Source: Octopus sinensis (Eukaryota). Taken from it: DNA of 64,000 bases. A program made the translations under genes and the position numbers. The stretch is taken from assembly GCF_006345805.1 (NCBI RefSeq), contig NC_043011.1, positions 51,534,464 through 51,598,463 on the forward strand, in the 5' to 3' direction. The notes under the pieces were generated by a model. That model was not told the DNA's origin. It made no database searches and saw nothing but the letters and a program-made list of their open reading frames with translations. Of this stretch, positions 26,167-38,535 are shown in pieces (within the stretch, counting starts at the first letter, position 1; every line of letters starts with the position of its first letter).

Positions 26167-27431
26167 CCACCAGAGATACCTAGTGTTGCTTGGGATTTAA
26201 ATGGCTTGGTCTGTATTTATATGGTACAGTTATGTTGAAACATGTGTTACAGGGAAGTGCAGCATTGACGACAAAACATTTGTAGAGCAAATGAAGGGCT
26301 AATTCAATTAAGTGACATACCATGCATCTATTTAGAAGATTCCAGGCCCTAACCTTGTCATGAAAAAGTGGGTTAGGGTGTATGTGATTTTTGAATGCAT
26401 CAAAAAGCTCTCAGTGGATATATTCTCCTTTGTGGCTGTTAGTGCTGCTGCTACCACACTGAACAATCACCAGACATAGAAACTGCAGCTATGTGATAAA
26501 TTAAGCCTGTGGGCAGGCTCAATATCACCACATGCGATAAATCTACATGAAAGAAATGACGTGGTAATGGGGTGGGGATTGGCAAGGAAGCACTTGAAAA
26601 CAACACTGTCATTGCGATATTTCAGTTTGTAATCAATAGTCGTGGATATGCAAGGTCACATTAAGGACACAATCTCTAACAAATGTGGTTGGGTCACATG
26701 ACATTGGGTTGCTAATGTGGTTGGAAATCAATAGTTGTGGCTCAAATGGGCACTCCTTCGCATAAACACTGTGCGACCATTGTGAAAACAACTCAGCGTC
26801 CAAATGAAAATAATTCTGGATGCATGGTCACATTAAGGACACAGTCTCTAATTAATGTGGTTGGGTTTTAGACACATTAATTTATAGGTTAATGTACATG
26901 CAATATTTCAGTTTCTAATCAATAGCTGAAGACTATTTGTATGGGCTTCGTCTATGCTTAGAAGGAAGACTTTAATACTGAAACTAAAAGAAAATAGTTG
27001 AATAGTTGCTCAGGATTTAACATATTTTAGAATATTTTTCATAATAAACATAGTGCATCCCAAACGGTTTTTATTCCAATGAATTGTTACCTATGGTATT
27101 ACAGGAACAGGTTATTATTGCTACCACTTAGACAACGCAGTTTGAAGTCTACACAGGTTCATCCATTTAATACAACCAACTTATATCATTTCAGTAGCTG
27201 TTTTTTCCAGTTTGAACAGAAGTAATGCATGGATCATGAGGGCAGTCAGTCATACGTAGCCCAGGAAAGGAGTTTTTCTGCCCCCAGGAGCCCCATTACA
27301 CATCATGTGAAAAATGTTAAGAGTCTAAAACCATCTCTGGAACATAAGTAATGTATGTTCCCAGTTTGGAGAAAATCAGTTATGAACTTTAGAAGTTCTG
27401 CATACACACACGCACATACACATTCTCAGTT

Positions 27432-27434
<3 letters not shown>

Positions 27435-27464
<30 letters not shown>

Positions 27465-27790
27465 GTTTAGCGTCCGTTTCCCATGCTAGCATGGGTTGGA
27501 CGGTTCAACTGGGGTCTGTGAAGCCAGAAGGCTTCATCAGGCCCAGTCAGATCTGGCAGTGTTTCTACGGCTGGATGCCCTTCCTAATGCCAACCACTCC
27601 GTGAGTGTAGTGGGTGCTTTTTACGTGCCACCCGCACAGGTGCCAGACAGAGCTGGCAAACGGCCACGAACGGATGGTGCTTTTTATGTGCCACCGGCAC
27701 GGGGGCCAGGCGAGGCTGGCAACGGACACGAACGGATGGTGCTTTTTACATGCCACCGGCATGAGGCCAGTCGGGGCGGCGCTGGCAATA
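27435..27790 (-). mobile_element. RTE-tail repeat/SINE ending in (GAT)n; other copies at ~28700-28878, 35235-35570, 46425-46885, ~30965-31250 and ~50315-50560
   Basis: Shared GGCGTTAGGAAGGGCATCCAGCCGTAGAAAC motif and (GAT)n tail on the minus strand. Copy ~31000-31450 is contiguous with RTE-like GRPRKTW coding remnants. Confidence 0.8.
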
Positions 27791-27986
27791 AAATAATATA
27801 ATATATAGAGAGGTAGAGAAATTAACTTAAGTACATCATCAAGAGTAATGTCACTTGAACCAATGATGCAAACAAGTTATGTGATCGTTGATATTGTTTA
27901 CCTAGGAAAGGGGTTTTCTGCAAACCGTAATGGTTTGCAGACGTTTACTCAACATGCAGGAACTGAACACTTATTTTGTATATCTG

Positions 27987-28082
27987 AAACTACCTCTGAT
28001 GAGATTCGACTTTCAAATATTTTTTCATTTTATTAATTAATTTTCTGAAGCTCTTGAATTGAAACAGCTGTAAGGGATGTTT
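27987..28082 (+). ncRNA. Type I hammerhead ribozyme motif
   Basis: CUGAUGA at 27996-28002; stem II GAUUCGA/UUGAAUU; GAAA at 28061-64; palindromic stem III ACAGCUGU; GUA cleavage triplet at 28070-72; stem I CCU/AGG plus AAAC/GUUU. Confidence 0.7.
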
Positions 28083-28653
28083 GTCAATCTTTTAATTAAT
28101 GAATAATAATTTATTAATTACCACTCTATAATAAATAAATATATATAAACTAGGGTTTATATAGTCACTTTGCAGTTGAGTATTAACTGTAATATTCAAC
28201 ATACTTTGGGGTTGATTTGTCAAATGACTGAAACAAGGAAAAGAATAAAAATACACACACACACACATGCTAATACTGAACAGAGAGAATCAGTATTCTC
28301 ATCCAAGAGGGAGACGAGTACCAACACCCCATAAGGTAGGCAAGACAACTGCTGACAATTGTTAGCATGAAACCAATGGTAGCCTTGTTAACTAAAAAAT
28401 AAAGTGTATATATATATATATATATATATCTGATCTTAAAACTGTTAAAACTTAAGTAAGCTTATAAATTGGTAGGGTTTCTAATTGTACATCTAAATAT
28501 TTCATCATTAATTAAACAGCTCTTGTCTAAAGGGTACTTATTAATGAAATTGCTATTTGCATTACTTCTTTAATTATAACTGGCTACAACCTTATGATCC
28601 CTTTAGATGGGTATTATTAATTAATGATGTAGTATATAAAATGTACAGGTATC

Positions 28654-28684
<31 letters not shown>

Positions 28685-28949
28685 AAACACATATATATGT
28701 CATCATCATCATCATCATCATCGTTTAGCGTCCACTTTCCATGCTGGCATGGGTTGGACGGTTCAACTGGGTCTGGGAAGCCAGAAGGCTGCACCAGGCC
28801 CAGTCTGATCTGGCAATGTTTCTACGGCTGGATGCCCTTCCTAACGCCAACTACTCCATGAGTGTAGTGGGTGCTTGTATATAAATTTACACAAAGATAT
28901 TTAAAATCCAAAAATAGCAAGCAAGGGAGACCGTTCCAACAATATCAAG

Positions 28950-29600
28950 TAATCAAAATTTTTGATATAAAAAGGTAATGCAGTTTAGTTCCTCTGAGAT
29001 AAATTGATTACTTTTTTCTTCATTTGGGAAGCAGAAGTAAGTTACTCTTCTTGTTTTCCTCTCCAGTATTAGAGTCTCAATATGAAAGCTTTTTTTTTTT
29101 TTTGCGACATATCTGGACCAGAATGTGATTTTCAGGCTAACTGATATATTTTTAACATTTCCTTGTTGCTGGTGATACAAACAAGGAATCTTTGTTGTGG
29201 TATTCTCCATTAGAATAAAAGCTGAATTGTACATGCATTTCAACATTATTAGTCTCGTTAGTGCAATTTCAAAGTTTAGAATTTATATTAGAGTTATATT
29301 TATATAGTTATAGAAATCAGAAAGACTGAAAGTTTAGTTACAAATAAAAGCGTTGTTTGTTTGGTTGTATTCATAGAGTAGTGATAGAAATAGAGATCAG
29401 ATCAGTTTTAGAGGTGAACAAAAATATTTGTTTTTTGATCGTCTGTTGGCCAAAAGGCATGGTATTACATCAATGTATTGGTAGGTTTCTATTACAGCAA
29501 TCATCTCACCTTTTCAAGTTTAGCCTTGCGGAGAACTTATTGGTTCTGTGTTTACATACAAGCTACCTTTGCACGAGATGACCTTATTTCATATTGAAGC
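28950..29600 (-). mobile_element. Decayed Penelope-like element reverse-transcriptase remnant
   Basis: Minus-strand peptides occur in PLE RT order: KGEM..IAVIETYQYIDVI, FYSNGEYHNKDS (cf. FNGEYYQQ.DG), FWSRYV (cf. WxRYVDD), NQFISEELNCITFL (cf. IQFTxExExxxLPFLD). Confidence 0.55.
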
Positions 29601-29919
29601 TAAAAGCCTTTTGTTCTAACATCCAAGTCCATTATTTACTTCTTTTATTTTCACTGAATGGAGCTAATTTTTTCAAACTATTTATTTTCTTTGCAAACCT
29701 TAAGAGATAAAATTTGAACAACAAACAAATAATGATTAATCTATCTTGTATTTAATTAATAGTAATATTAAATAGAAGTTTATCGATATATTGAAGAAAC
29801 TCCATGCCTTTTGGGTAAAAGAAAAACAAAAAAAATAAGTGCACTTCAATTTAATATTATTATTAAATGATTACAAAATAGATTAACTATTATTTGTTTA
29901 GTATTCAAATTTTATTTCT

Positions 29920-30080
29920 CAAGTTTTATCAAGAAAATAAACAGTTTGATAAGTTTCAGAGAAATCTTTGGTTACACTGCATAAACATTTTGGGAGGCAG
30001 TTATACAATTTCAGGCTTCTGAACATCAAATTGTTGCTGTAGAGGTTCCTGATGCAAGGATGCAAGAGTTTGAAGAAAGG
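29920..30080 (-). mobile_element. CR1-like LINE 3' coding remnant
   Basis: IRNLYSNNLMFRSLKLYNCLPKCL...FLDK resembles the CR1-group C-terminal motif LFNxLPxxLR. Confidence 0.5.
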
Positions 30081-30157
30081 ATTTGACAGCATCTCTCTCT
30101 CTCTCTCTTTTTTTTTTTTTTTTGGTCTTGTATACCAAAGTTCAAAACAACATATAC

Positions 30158-30202
<45 letters not shown>

Positions 30203-30319
30203 TGCATTCTGAAGTTTTGAGACATTGTTGGTGTCGTTGATTTTTAGCTCAAGATCAACCCCTAAACAAGCAGACCAATGATCAACAGTATTCCAGCCAT
30301 GACTATCATGACTCTGAAG

Positions 30320-30640
30320 TAATGTTACTCAAGAGAATGTATAGCTTGGAGATCAAGAAGTCTCCTACTTCTTCACACTGAGAGATCACAGCTCCACTAC
30401 AATGGGCATGTGATTAGAATGCTACAGGAAAGACAGATTCTTCAAGCTAAGTGAATTGGTAGAATACATAGGGGTAGACCAAGAACAAGATTGTTGGATA
30501 ACATCCATAGTCTCAGTTGGTCAAACACTTGGAAATCCAGCTGGAAAGGTTAATGATGGCTGCTTCTGATAGGACCCTATAGAAGAGATGCTGAGGACTC
30601 TAAACCCACAACCTTCCCAGGAATAAGGGCAGAAGAGATG
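30320..30640 (+). mobile_element. RTE-type LINE 3' end; second copy on the minus strand at ~51660-51817
   Basis: ERSQLHYNGHVIRMLQERQILQAK*IGRIHRGRPRTRLLDNIHSLSW matches the RTE motif QLRWxGHVxRM...GRPRxRW. Confidence 0.8.
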
Positions 30641-30852
30641 GATGGATTATGATACACACAGGCACACATGTGTGTGCGCACACACACACACATACAGAGG
30701 CATAAATACTTTTATCCACATATGCAAGTGAATTCACAAATGTACACAGTATATTTATCAATAAGATGTAGTCATACATGTTTAAGACATCCAGAATAGT
30801 AGACAAAGAGGGGAAGAAAATAGAGGAGATACAGACAGAACTCAAGAGAGAG

Positions 30853-30920
<68 letters not shown>

Positions 30921-32180
30921 CAGAATAAAATTAATAATAAATATTTGAAGAACTAGTAAACAAAACTATCATCATCATGGCATTGGTGGGATGGTTTTGG
31001 CCAAAGCTGCCAGACAGCAGCTGAACCAGCCTCCAGTCTGATTTAGAATGGTTTCTATGGCTGGATGCTTTTCCTAACACCAACCACTTTACAGAGTGTG
31101 TTGGGTGCTTTTATGTGGCATAGCACAAGTACTTTTACATGGCACCATATGGGTGCTTTTACATGACATCACATGGGCACTTTTGCATGGCACAACACAG
31201 GCACTTTTACATGGAACCATCATGAGTGCTTTATACCACCAAAAGGACCAGTCTTAACACTTCTGCTGTGGAGTACAGGTCTTCTTGGGTACAGCAAGGT
31301 ACCAGGCATCTAGGTGCTTTGTCATCTTGCCTGGAAGGTTCAATGACTTGAAGTCATTCTTCACTACTTCAACCCATGTCTTCCTGGGTCTACCATTTTC
31401 ACACATTCCATCTACTTTGAGAGATCAGCACTTCTTAAACACTTTATGAACTTGCATTTGATCCCAATCAGATCAGTAAGTATTCAAGAACTGCCTTAAA
31501 AAAAAAGACCAGGAGCTCAAGGACATTAGTGACGGCTCACATTAGTGAACAGTCTGTGGATACAATTTGTAAAATAAGTTCAATGTTGAGCAAACCTAAG
31601 ATCAAGTTCATTCCAACTAGCATTTAGTTGGTCACAGTATATCTTGAACTACATTATGCAGTATGTCTTTCCTTTTCTAAGAGAGTAGGGTATGATTTTC
31701 AAGATATCTGGCTGCTATTGTGTATCAGTGTGAGCCTTCCTGTCTTTTTATTCAGACAATACGTCTAGGATTAAACTAAGCTGTATTTAAGACATTAAGT
31801 TATTATCTGAGGGAGATTTAAGGTAGAATTGTTAGAGAGCTGGCAGAATTGTTAGCAGGCCAGACAAAATGCTTAGTGGCACTTGTTCATCTTTATGTTC
31901 TCAGTTCAAATTCTGTCAAGATTGACTTTACCTTTTATCCATTCACAGTTGGTAAAATAAGTATCAGTTGAGCACTCCTACTAAATTTCAGACCTTGTGC
32001 CTATAGTAGAAAAGATTATTTGAGGGAGATTTGGATTCTATTTCTAGCAGATTGTCCAGTCATACATAATGGCTCCTTCTAAAATTGTGTTGTTGGATGA
32101 GGTGGATATTGATGTTTTGGCACCATAAACAAACCTTTATTCCTAAGAACACATACATATAAATACATCTCTTTCTCTCT

Positions 32181-32222
<42 letters not shown>

Positions 32223-34554
32223 TTCACAGACACAAACATATAAACATAAATAACACACAATAGTGTGCCCTCCACCTCTACACATAAATTCACAAACACA
32301 CAAGCTAAGAAAATTGTTACATGGTCATTTGACTAGCTAAAAAAAAGCAACCAAATTTCCTTCAAATTACATCTTACCATCATTTAAAAATGAATGACAT
32401 ATTGGACAGTGTAGACCAAGATACACAATACCTAAAAAAGACAAGATGGCCTTAATTAAAATGCCTTTAAACATAGGTTCACTCAGTCAGTACTAATGCA
32501 GGGTTAAAGAACAACAACAACACACACACACAAACTCTCTTTCTCACATACACTCCTGCTGTGATAAACACACATTTAATATCACTCTCACATGGACATA
32601 TACACACACATACTTGCCCATAAAGAGATACACATATATACACATGAAGATGAGCAGTAACAGGGTTTTACAAGAAGTAATTACCAGAAATAAATAATAT
32701 AAAAGAAGAAAAATCCCAAAACCCAGTTTTCAGCTAATGTGACACTGCTAAAAATATTGCGTATCCCTGGCGCAGTATCTTTCAGCACCTGTTAAACCAG
32801 TAGCTTGTGTGAGTGTATGCCATTACTAAATATAGGTGTGGGTTAGGGTTAGAGTTAGCATTCAGATTAATTACAAAACTGAATCGTTAGTGCAATTTTA
32901 TTGATTAACATTGTAACAATTACTCCCTGTTTTAAATGTGTGTGCAAATACAAGCATGTAAATTTGTGTGCATGTGCATATGTGTGTGTGTGTGTGTATG
33001 TGTGTGTGTGCATCTGTATAAGTTTACATGTATGTGTGAATATACATATATATGGATACATGCATGTATGTTTATGTGTATGTATGTATGTACGTCTGTC
33101 TGTGTTTGCATCTGTATTAGTATGTATGCAGCACCGGACATTCCTCAGAGTTAACCTGCAAGAGATAATTAACCCTTTTGATATCAACTTGCCTGAGACC
33201 ATCCCTGGTTCTATGATATATCTTCCCATTTTAAATTAAAACCTATCCTCAAAATTCCTTGTTAAGTTATGTCCCAGACATCAGATCTTAAACTGTGGTG
33301 ACAGTGGTGAATCACATGACATATCTTAAACTATAGTGATGTTGATGAATCTTATGACATGTCTTACACTGTAGTGATAGTGGGGAATCTTATCCCATTT
33401 TTTAAACTGTAATGATAGTCGTGAGTCTTATAATCCACTTACTCAAAGATCCATAACTGTCTCTGCAAAGTGAACCATTAAATGTGGTGATAGCCACAAG
33501 TCTCAGAACCACCACTGTCTCCAAATAGTTTATATCAAAACACAAGACAAACTGACAGAACGCTAAAAGAACCTATCACTCCAAGCTGTAATAATAGCTA
33601 AAGTTGGAGTTGGTCATCATGTGCAAGTATGGCTAAGTAACATGTACTATGCTTTGGCTAATTACTTTAGGTGCCTGTGTAGTCATAAGCCAACATAGAT
33701 ACCCTGGTACTTTTGACAACTGGAGGGAGTGAATCAGCAACTGGTTGGTATTTATTCACAGTTGAGTAGATTGAAGCAATATGAAATGAAGTGCCTTGCT
33801 CAAGGACACAACATGCCATTTAGCCTAAGAATTGAACACACAACCTTATGATAATGAACCAAACACACCCCAACCACTAGGCCACACTCCTGAACGTTTG
33901 CTTCTCAACCATGGTACTTTGGGCAGGTATTTTTTATGCAATAGCTGCTTTGTAATTGAGTGGTAGAGGGTAACTTAAAGATACCATTTGTAAGTACATA
34001 TATACATATACATACATGCATGTCTGCATGTGTATATATATATATATATATACATGAGTGTGTGTATGTTTGTGGTGTTATTGTCATTTCTCTTGCCAAC
34101 AAATCACCTGGTCCCTTAGTTCCATCATAGATGTGTGAAATATGAGATCCTTTATTTGAAAGATGGAAAAAAGTTAGCAACAGGAAGGGAAACTGACTGT
34201 AAAACAATGCTCCAATAAAATATTCATCAAACCCATGCTAGCTTGAAATAGCAGACGTAAAACAGATGAACAAATAATAATATTAATAATGGCTTCCAAT
34301 TTAGGCATAAGGCCAGCAATTTTGATAGGGGGGTTTAGTTGAAAGTGTTTATCACACTGCCTGACTGGTACTTTATTTTATCATCCCTAGAGGGATGACA
34401 GGCAAAGTTGATCTCTCTCAGTGGAATTTGAACTCAGAACCTAAAGTGTTAGAATGAATACTTTATGGTATTTTGTTCAATGCTCTATTGAATGACTTCT
34501 AATTTTGACACAAGGCCACAATAATCATAATCTTCATTATTGTTGGTGTTGTTA

Positions 34555-34627
<73 letters not shown>

Positions 34628-35844
34628 GGTGGTGAGTTGGCAGAATCGTTAGCACTCTGGGCAAAATGTTTAGTGGCATTTCATCCATTTTCACGTTCTG
34701 AGTTCAAATTCTGCTGAGGTTGACTTTGTCTTTCATACTTTCACAGTCAATAAAATAAGTACCAATTGAACACTGGGGCTGATTTAATTGACTAAGTCCC
34801 TCCCCCAAATTTTTGGCCTTGTGCCAAAATTTGAAACCATTATTAATTATTATTATTATTATTATTATCATTATTATTATTATTATTATTAATTATTATT
34901 ATTTTGTAGTTGATTTCCCTACTTAACTGCTACTCATGATGTGATCTCTGGGATAGTTTGGGTGTCATGATGATAATGATGGTAACAATGATGATTATGA
35001 TGATGATGATGATGATGACGACAATGATGATGATGATGATGCTGATTACATCAGTTTTCACCATGGTTGATTTGTCTTTTGACCACATGGGGGTTGATAA
35101 AATTGACTAAACACCTTCAAGGCATTGCTCCAGCATGACTACAATCCAGTAACCAAAGCTGATAAAAGAATTATGCCTACAGTAATATGTATGGAGAGAG
35201 AGAGAGAGAATCACTCACACACATGTATGTGTGTCATCATCGTCATCATCATCGTCGTTTAACGTCCGTTCTCCATGCTAGCATGGGTTGGACGGTTCGA
35301 CCGGGGTTCTGGGAAGCCAGAAGGCTGCACCAGGCTCCAGTCTATCTGGCAATGTTTCTACAGCTGGATGCCCTTCCTAACGCCAACCACTCCGTGAGTG
35401 TAGTGGGTGCTTTTTACGTGCCACCTGCACAGGTGCCAGGCGGGGCTGGCAACGGCCACGGTCAGATTGGTGTATTTTATGTGCCACCGGCACGGAAGCC
35501 AGTCGAGGCGGTGCTGGCATCGGCCACGAGTCGGATAGTGCTTTTTACGTACCACCAGACCAGGGATCCTGGCTGATATATATATATATATATTGCCAGA
35601 TTAGACTGGAGCCTGGTGCAGCCTTCTGGCTTCCCAGAACCCCGGTCGAACCGTCCGTCCAACCCATGCTAGCATGGAGAACGGACGTTAAACGACGATG
35701 ATGATGATGATGATGTATATATCAGACAGAGAAAAGGAGGAGAGAAAAAGTGAACCATACAAATAAAGAAGAGATAAATTCAGAGAGAATGAATGAGAGG
35801 GAATGAAAGAATTAAAAAGGGAAATTAAAGAGGAAAAGACAGAA

Positions 35845-35883
<39 letters not shown>

Positions 35884-36519
35884 TACATACATCTATAAGC
35901 ATATACACATGAACAAGGTGGGGAAAAATAGTACTCGAATACTGGAGGTAGAGTAATATGCTTTATTCTTAAAGCTGCAAAAACATCACAAAAATATCAC
36001 AAAAAACTGCTACTCAGAGTTTCACATTCCTGTTCGTTGGGTAGTTGTGATCCAGAATGGATAATCTTCTGATGTTTTTGCAGCTTTAACAATAAAGTAT
36101 ATATATATAGGCGCAGGAGTGGCTGTGTGGAAAGTAGCTTGCTTATCAACCACATGGTTCCGGGTTCAGTCCCACTGCGTGGCACCTTGGGCAAGTGTCT
36201 TCTACTATAGCCTCGGGCCGACCAAAGCTTTGTGAGTGGATTTGGTAGACAGGAACTGAAAGAAGCCCGTCGTATATATGTATGTATATATATATGTGTG
36301 TGCGTGTGTGTTTGTATGTCTGTGTTTGTCCCCCTAGCATTGCTTGACAACCGATGCTGGTGTGTTTATGTCCCCGTCACTTAGCAGTTCGGCAAAAGAG
36401 ACCGATAGAATAAGTACTGGGCTTACAAAGAATAAGTCTCGGGGTCGAGTTGCTCGACTAAAAGGCGGTGCTCCAGTATGGCCGCAGTCAAATGACTGAA
36501 ACAAGTAAAAGAGTAAAAG

Positions 36520-36554
<35 letters not shown>

Positions 36555-36959
36555 ATATACATATGACAGGTTTCCTTCAGTTTCCGTCTACCAAATCCAC
36601 CCACAAGGCTTTGGTAGGCCAGAGGCTATAGTAGAAGACACTTGCTCAAGGTACCATACAATATATATATATTTGAAAAAGGCAGACATATATGGGGGGG
36701 GGGAATAATCCAGAACATATAAAGGGAGACATCAAGGGAGAGAATAAGAGAGAGTGAGAAAAAGGTGTGTGTGTGCGTGTGTGTGTGTATGCAAGCATGT
36801 GATAAAGACAGAATTTCAAAGTATAAAGTGAGAATGTGAGAGAGTAAGAGATACGGAGAAAGTATATATGTGAGAAACAGAGTGTAGGTGAGACAGACAG
36901 GCAGAGACAGAGAGAGAGAAGCAGAAAGCATGTGTGCGAGAGACACACATCCACAGAGA

Positions 36960-37051
36960 GAATGGTGTTTGTATGAGAGATGGAGAAAATGTATGTGCGA
37001 GAGAGACTGAGAGTAAAGGTGACAGATGAGAGAGAGATAGAGAGAGGGGGA

Positions 37052-37141
<90 letters not shown>

Positions 37142-37248
37142 GAGAGGCATATGAGAGAGAGAGAGAGAAAGAGGGAAAGAGAGAGAGGGGCATATGAGAG
37201 AGAGAGAGGCACATAAGAGGGAGAGTGAGAAAGAGAGAGGGAGGGAGG

Positions 37249-37280
<32 letters not shown>

Positions 37281-37491
37281 TGGGGATGATCAGAGAATGT
37301 GTATGAATGAGACAAAGTATGTGTGAGAGAAAAAAAAACAGGTGGGAAAAGTGTATGAGTGAGATAGAGAGAGTTTAGGAAAAAGAAAGAGACAGACGGA
37401 GAGGGTAGAAAACTGGAGGTGGGTACTGGTATGAGTGAATGTCAGAGGGAAGACAATATTTGCGTGTATGTGTGAAAGATGCAGTGTGTGA

Positions 37492-37523
<32 letters not shown>

Positions 37524-37960
37524 AAGAGAGAGAAAGTATGTTTATATATGTATGAAAGATGCAGACAGCATGTATGTATAGGGAGGGAGAGAGTGAGAGA
37601 GAGAAGGAGAGCTAGGGGGAGAGAGAAAGAGGTAGAAGGAGAGGAAGAGAGGTAAAGTGAAAGGGGGAGTGGTAGAGAGAAAGGGAGAGAAGTAGAGAGG
37701 GAGAGAGAGTGAGTGAGGTGGTAGAGAAGGAGAGAGACAGACAAAATACGGAGAGAAAGAGAGGTAGAGAGGCAATATTACAACTTGGGAGGGGAAGAGT
37801 GAGAAGAAAAGAGAGAGAGAGAAAGAAAGAGAGAGAGAGAGATGGAGAGAGAGAGATGGAGAGAGAGACAGAAAGTGTGTATATGCAAGAGAAAGGTAGA
37901 AAGTGCGTATGAGTGAGAAAGATTCAGAGAGACTGTGTGTGAAAAAGGGCAGACAGAAAG

Positions 37961-38005
<45 letters not shown>

Positions 38006-38019
38006 TGTGTGTCTGTGTG

Positions 38020-38055
<36 letters not shown>

Positions 38056-38110
38056 TGAATGTATTTGTATATGAGGGACAGAGAAAGTGTGCAAGAGAAA
38101 AAGAAAGTGC
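36960..38110 (+). repeat. ~1.1-kb GA-rich polypurine low-complexity tract
   Basis: Direct reading. It is the source of several spurious S/L-rich ORFs. Confidence 0.9.
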
Positions 38111-38339
38111 ACCAACCAACTAACACGGAGGGAGAAGTGCCAGATATAAAATGCAATATTAATTTTTCATATGTCTTGGGTAAACTAACATTTTTTAACT
38201 CATGAATAATAGAGAAACGTAATTACTTGATGGTAGGTGGCGGTGTGGTGTGGTGGTAGTGGTGGTGGTATTGAAGGGCGTGTGACGGCCGGTCCTGTCA
38301 GTAGCAATAATGTGTGAGGTTGTTTGTTATGGTGATGTT

Positions 38340-38535
38340 AACTGTTGTTGTCTAGCTCCAGGCCAGCCTTAATCAAGCAGACCTATGGTCAAAGATATTC
38401 CAGCCATGACCACTCAGTCTTTTTCCAATGTGCAGGGAACTAAAGGCCCTATTATCAATGCTCTTTCATTTTAAGATGACAGAATGCAATCTGAGGGAGA
38501 TTCGGCTGCATATTTCAGCAGGTCAAGCAATTATG
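38340..38535 (+). mobile_element. Old interspersed repeat family (…TAGCCCCAGGTCAGCCCTGATCAAGCAGACCTATG…GAGGGAGATTTGGCTGCTATTT…), with roughly a dozen diverged copies in the window
   Basis: Copies at ~7577, 15700, 20020, 30225, 31580, 32290 (-), 39835, 42880 (-), 43480 (-), 56315 and 57205. Confidence 0.75.

Noticed and set aside
27256-27324. Minus-strand phase 0-0 exon candidate TLNIFHMMCNGAPGGRKTPFLGY (similarly 22719-22804)
   Set aside because: The acceptors are weak and the phases do not fit between the flanking phase-1 junctions without further unseen exons. Not excluded.
32838-32860. GGGTTAGGGTTAGAGTTAG as an interstitial telomere
   Set aside because: Only about three degenerate units. 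Such motifs are common inside non-autonomous rolling-circle elements.
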